Shown: positions 61,798 to 64,000 of the stretch, piece by piece
How positions within the stretch are numbered: position 1 is the first letter of the stretch
Layout: the number at the start of each line of letters is the position of its first letter
NCBI RefSeq assembly: GCF_009914755.1
Contig: NC_060946.1
Direction: 5' to 3' (one strand)
Length of the DNA stretch: 64,000 nt
DNA from: the human T2T-CHM13v2.0 reference genome, Homo sapiens
Position numbers and translations under genes: made by a program
Notes under the pieces: model-generated
What the model saw: the letters and a program-made list of their open reading frames with translations, nothing else
The model's database searches: none
What the model was told of the DNA's origin: nothing

Positions 61798-62971
61798 TAA
61801 AATTGGTCTGATTGGGACCCCTAGGAAGTACTATGTTCCTGTGTCTGACATGCTCAGAGTGGCCCCGGTTCCCATCTGACTGTTCAGCTCTATGACTTGC
61901 TAAGTGATCTCATTGTCCTTCTAGTAAGGCTTCTTTCTTTACTTCTGTTGCTCACATCCTAAGAATTCTGAATGGTACACCTGGATAATAAGAAAACAAA
62001 TTCTCAGGGGAAAAAAAATGTAAGTGTACGATCATTAAAAACCACGTACACAATTATTTTACTTTACTCCTGCGTGGACAAACTTGGAAACCAGTCAATA
62101 GTTTCATCTGTTGGATTTGAACTTCCGAGCTTCAGAAATAAGTATTCCTGGAAATAAGTATTGGAAATAAGTATGGAAATAAGTGTTTCTGCATCTAAAA
62201 TACTGTCAGCTGAACATTTTCTAAATACAGTTACGCTTAAAATTGGCTTTTGGCTCCTATGCTGTGTGGCTATTGTCTCTGTCACTTGGCAGAACCATAG
62301 GAAAAGAACAAAAAGGGGGTATTATTGAAAGGCTGATTGTTGATAGACTTGAGCCACAATGAGCCAACCCATGTCTGACATTCTTTCAGGGAAGTCTAGT
62401 TATTTAGTAATTCATTTCCTGCAGGAACAATTTACTTCACGCTTTTCTCTCATCCTCAGAAGACTTTGGAGGTGACAAGCACCTTCCGAGCTAACTCTAG
62501 GGGCTCGGATCAGGAAAAAATATCTTGGAAACAGCAGTGGGAGAGATTAGCAAGGGTGAATAACTCAAGTTTACAAAACAGTAAATGGAGAAACCAGCGA
62601 TTTTGGATGCTGATCATTTATTTTGACAGGTGTAGTTTATCTCTGCTCATTTATAATAATTATACATTGTGGAGACTCATTATCCTGCCCTCCTCCTGTC
62701 TCAGTGCTGAGAGCAGTTAAAAGTAAATTTGGCAAGTCTGTAGGGGGAGTGAGATAATGGGTGTTAATGACCAAACGGGATATCTATACTTGAGCCACTT
62801 GCTGTGAGGGTGGCATACTGATCATTGAAGATGTGCAGTCAGGCTTTCAAATAACATTTCTAACTCTTGGGATTTTTTTCTTCCTTCAGTGTTTCGTTGG
62901 AATTGAACATATTCATAGAGGCACTCTCCCATTTCTTGTTACCCTCCCTTCTCTTAAGAACACTAATCTTG

Positions 62972-63256
62972 ACTGGGCTCGGTGGCTCCTGCCTGTAATC
63001 CCAGCACATTGGGAAGCCGAGGCAGGTGGATCACGAAGTCAGGAGTTCGAAACCAGCTTGACTAACATGATGAAACGCCGTCTCTACTAAAAATACAAAA
63101 ATTAGCACGTGCCTGTAATCCCAGCTACTTAGGAGGCTGAGGCAGGAGAATCACTTGAACGCTGGAGGAAGAGGTTGCAGTGAGCCGAGATCACGCCATT
63201 GCTCTCCAGCCTGGGTGACAGAGTGAGACTCTGTCTCAAAAAAAAAAAAAAAAAAA
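62972..63256 (+). mobile_element. AluS
   Basis: Alu with a short deletion after the linker, TSD AAGAACACT. Confidence 0.93.
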
Positions 63257-63804
63257 GAACACTGATTTTTCAGATTCTAAGTTCAGAGAAATACTGGTTA
63301 GATGTTTTGAAAGATCCTGGTATGGTTACTATTTTGACCAAATAATTTGGGCAGACAGCAAAATTGATGGGTTAATCACATGGATGTTGGAGCCAGAGAG
63401 GTTATAAGCTTTGCTACTTACTAAATGTGTTTCCTACAACTCGGTTTTGCTATCAGTTTCATGGGGATAATAATGGTACCTCCGTCAAAGGTGTGTTCTT
63501 CCAACTTGAGTAGAAATACCTAGAACCACATGCTGGCATGTATTAAGTACTATGTAAGCATTTATTATTGTTGTTATTAGTAAAAGGGAGGTGACTGTAC
63601 CTTATGAGCAATGCAATGAGTATTAAATAATATAATTCATATAGTGCTTTCAAAAAAGATTAGTTAGGCTTAGTAGCTATTCTGATTTTGTGGTTTTAAA
63701 GTTCTGAGCTCAGAATTGCCTGAGAAGTGAAACTTCACATTATTACATGCAGCATTTTATACAATTTACTTCAAAAACATATATATATGTGTATATATAT
63801 ATAT

Positions 63805-64000
63805 ATTTTTTCTTTGAGATGGAGTCTCACTCTGTCACCCAGGCTGTAGTGCAGTCGTGCAATCTTGGCTCACTGCAGCCTCCACCTCCTGGGTTCAAGC
63901 AATTCTCCTTCCTCAGCCTCCTGAATAGCTGGGATTACACGCACCTGCCATCACACCTGGCTAACTTTTTTTTTTTTATGTATTTTCAGTAGCGATGGGG
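63805..64000 (-). mobile_element. AluS (cut by window end)
   Basis: Antisense right arm and linker. Confidence 0.93.

Overview
Human genomic DNA, Alu- and LTR-rich, with one ~3 kb CpG island at ~29.0-31.9 kb. I recognise it from memory, not by search, as chr22q12.3 at the 5' end of LARGE1, transcribed on the minus strand. Two things support this. The exon ending ...GGCAGTCACGGCCAAG|GTAAGA matches my recall of the LARGE1 5' UTR, and 17846-18295 matches my recall of the chr22 example amplicon of the UCSC In-Silico PCR tool. On that reading, 1-29320 is LARGE1 intron 1, ~29.3-32.2 kb holds non-coding first exon(s) and promoters, and >32.2 kb is upstream intergenic sequence. I see no supportable protein-coding exon, tRNA, rRNA or CRISPR array, and the long ORFs are GC-content or repeat artefacts. 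I cannot support a genuinely new biological system here. The most notable observations are: (1) a short L1-retroposed HERV-W (syncytin-type env tail + U3-R + polyA) processed pseudogene with a 24-nt twin-priming micro-inversion; (2) an adjacent MLT2A LTR with a perfect DUX4 motif, oriented toward that polyA site and toward LARGE1; (3) a complete 73-codon uORF inside LARGE1 exon 1; (4) a tandemly duplicated Alu with three TSD copies at an exact 315-bp period; (5) a triplicated 28-mer carrying GATA and RUNX motifs; (6) a 23-bp-arm hairpin; (7) a near-consensus CTCF site upstream of the promoter. Repeat subfamily names are by eye and boundaries of old repeats are approximate.
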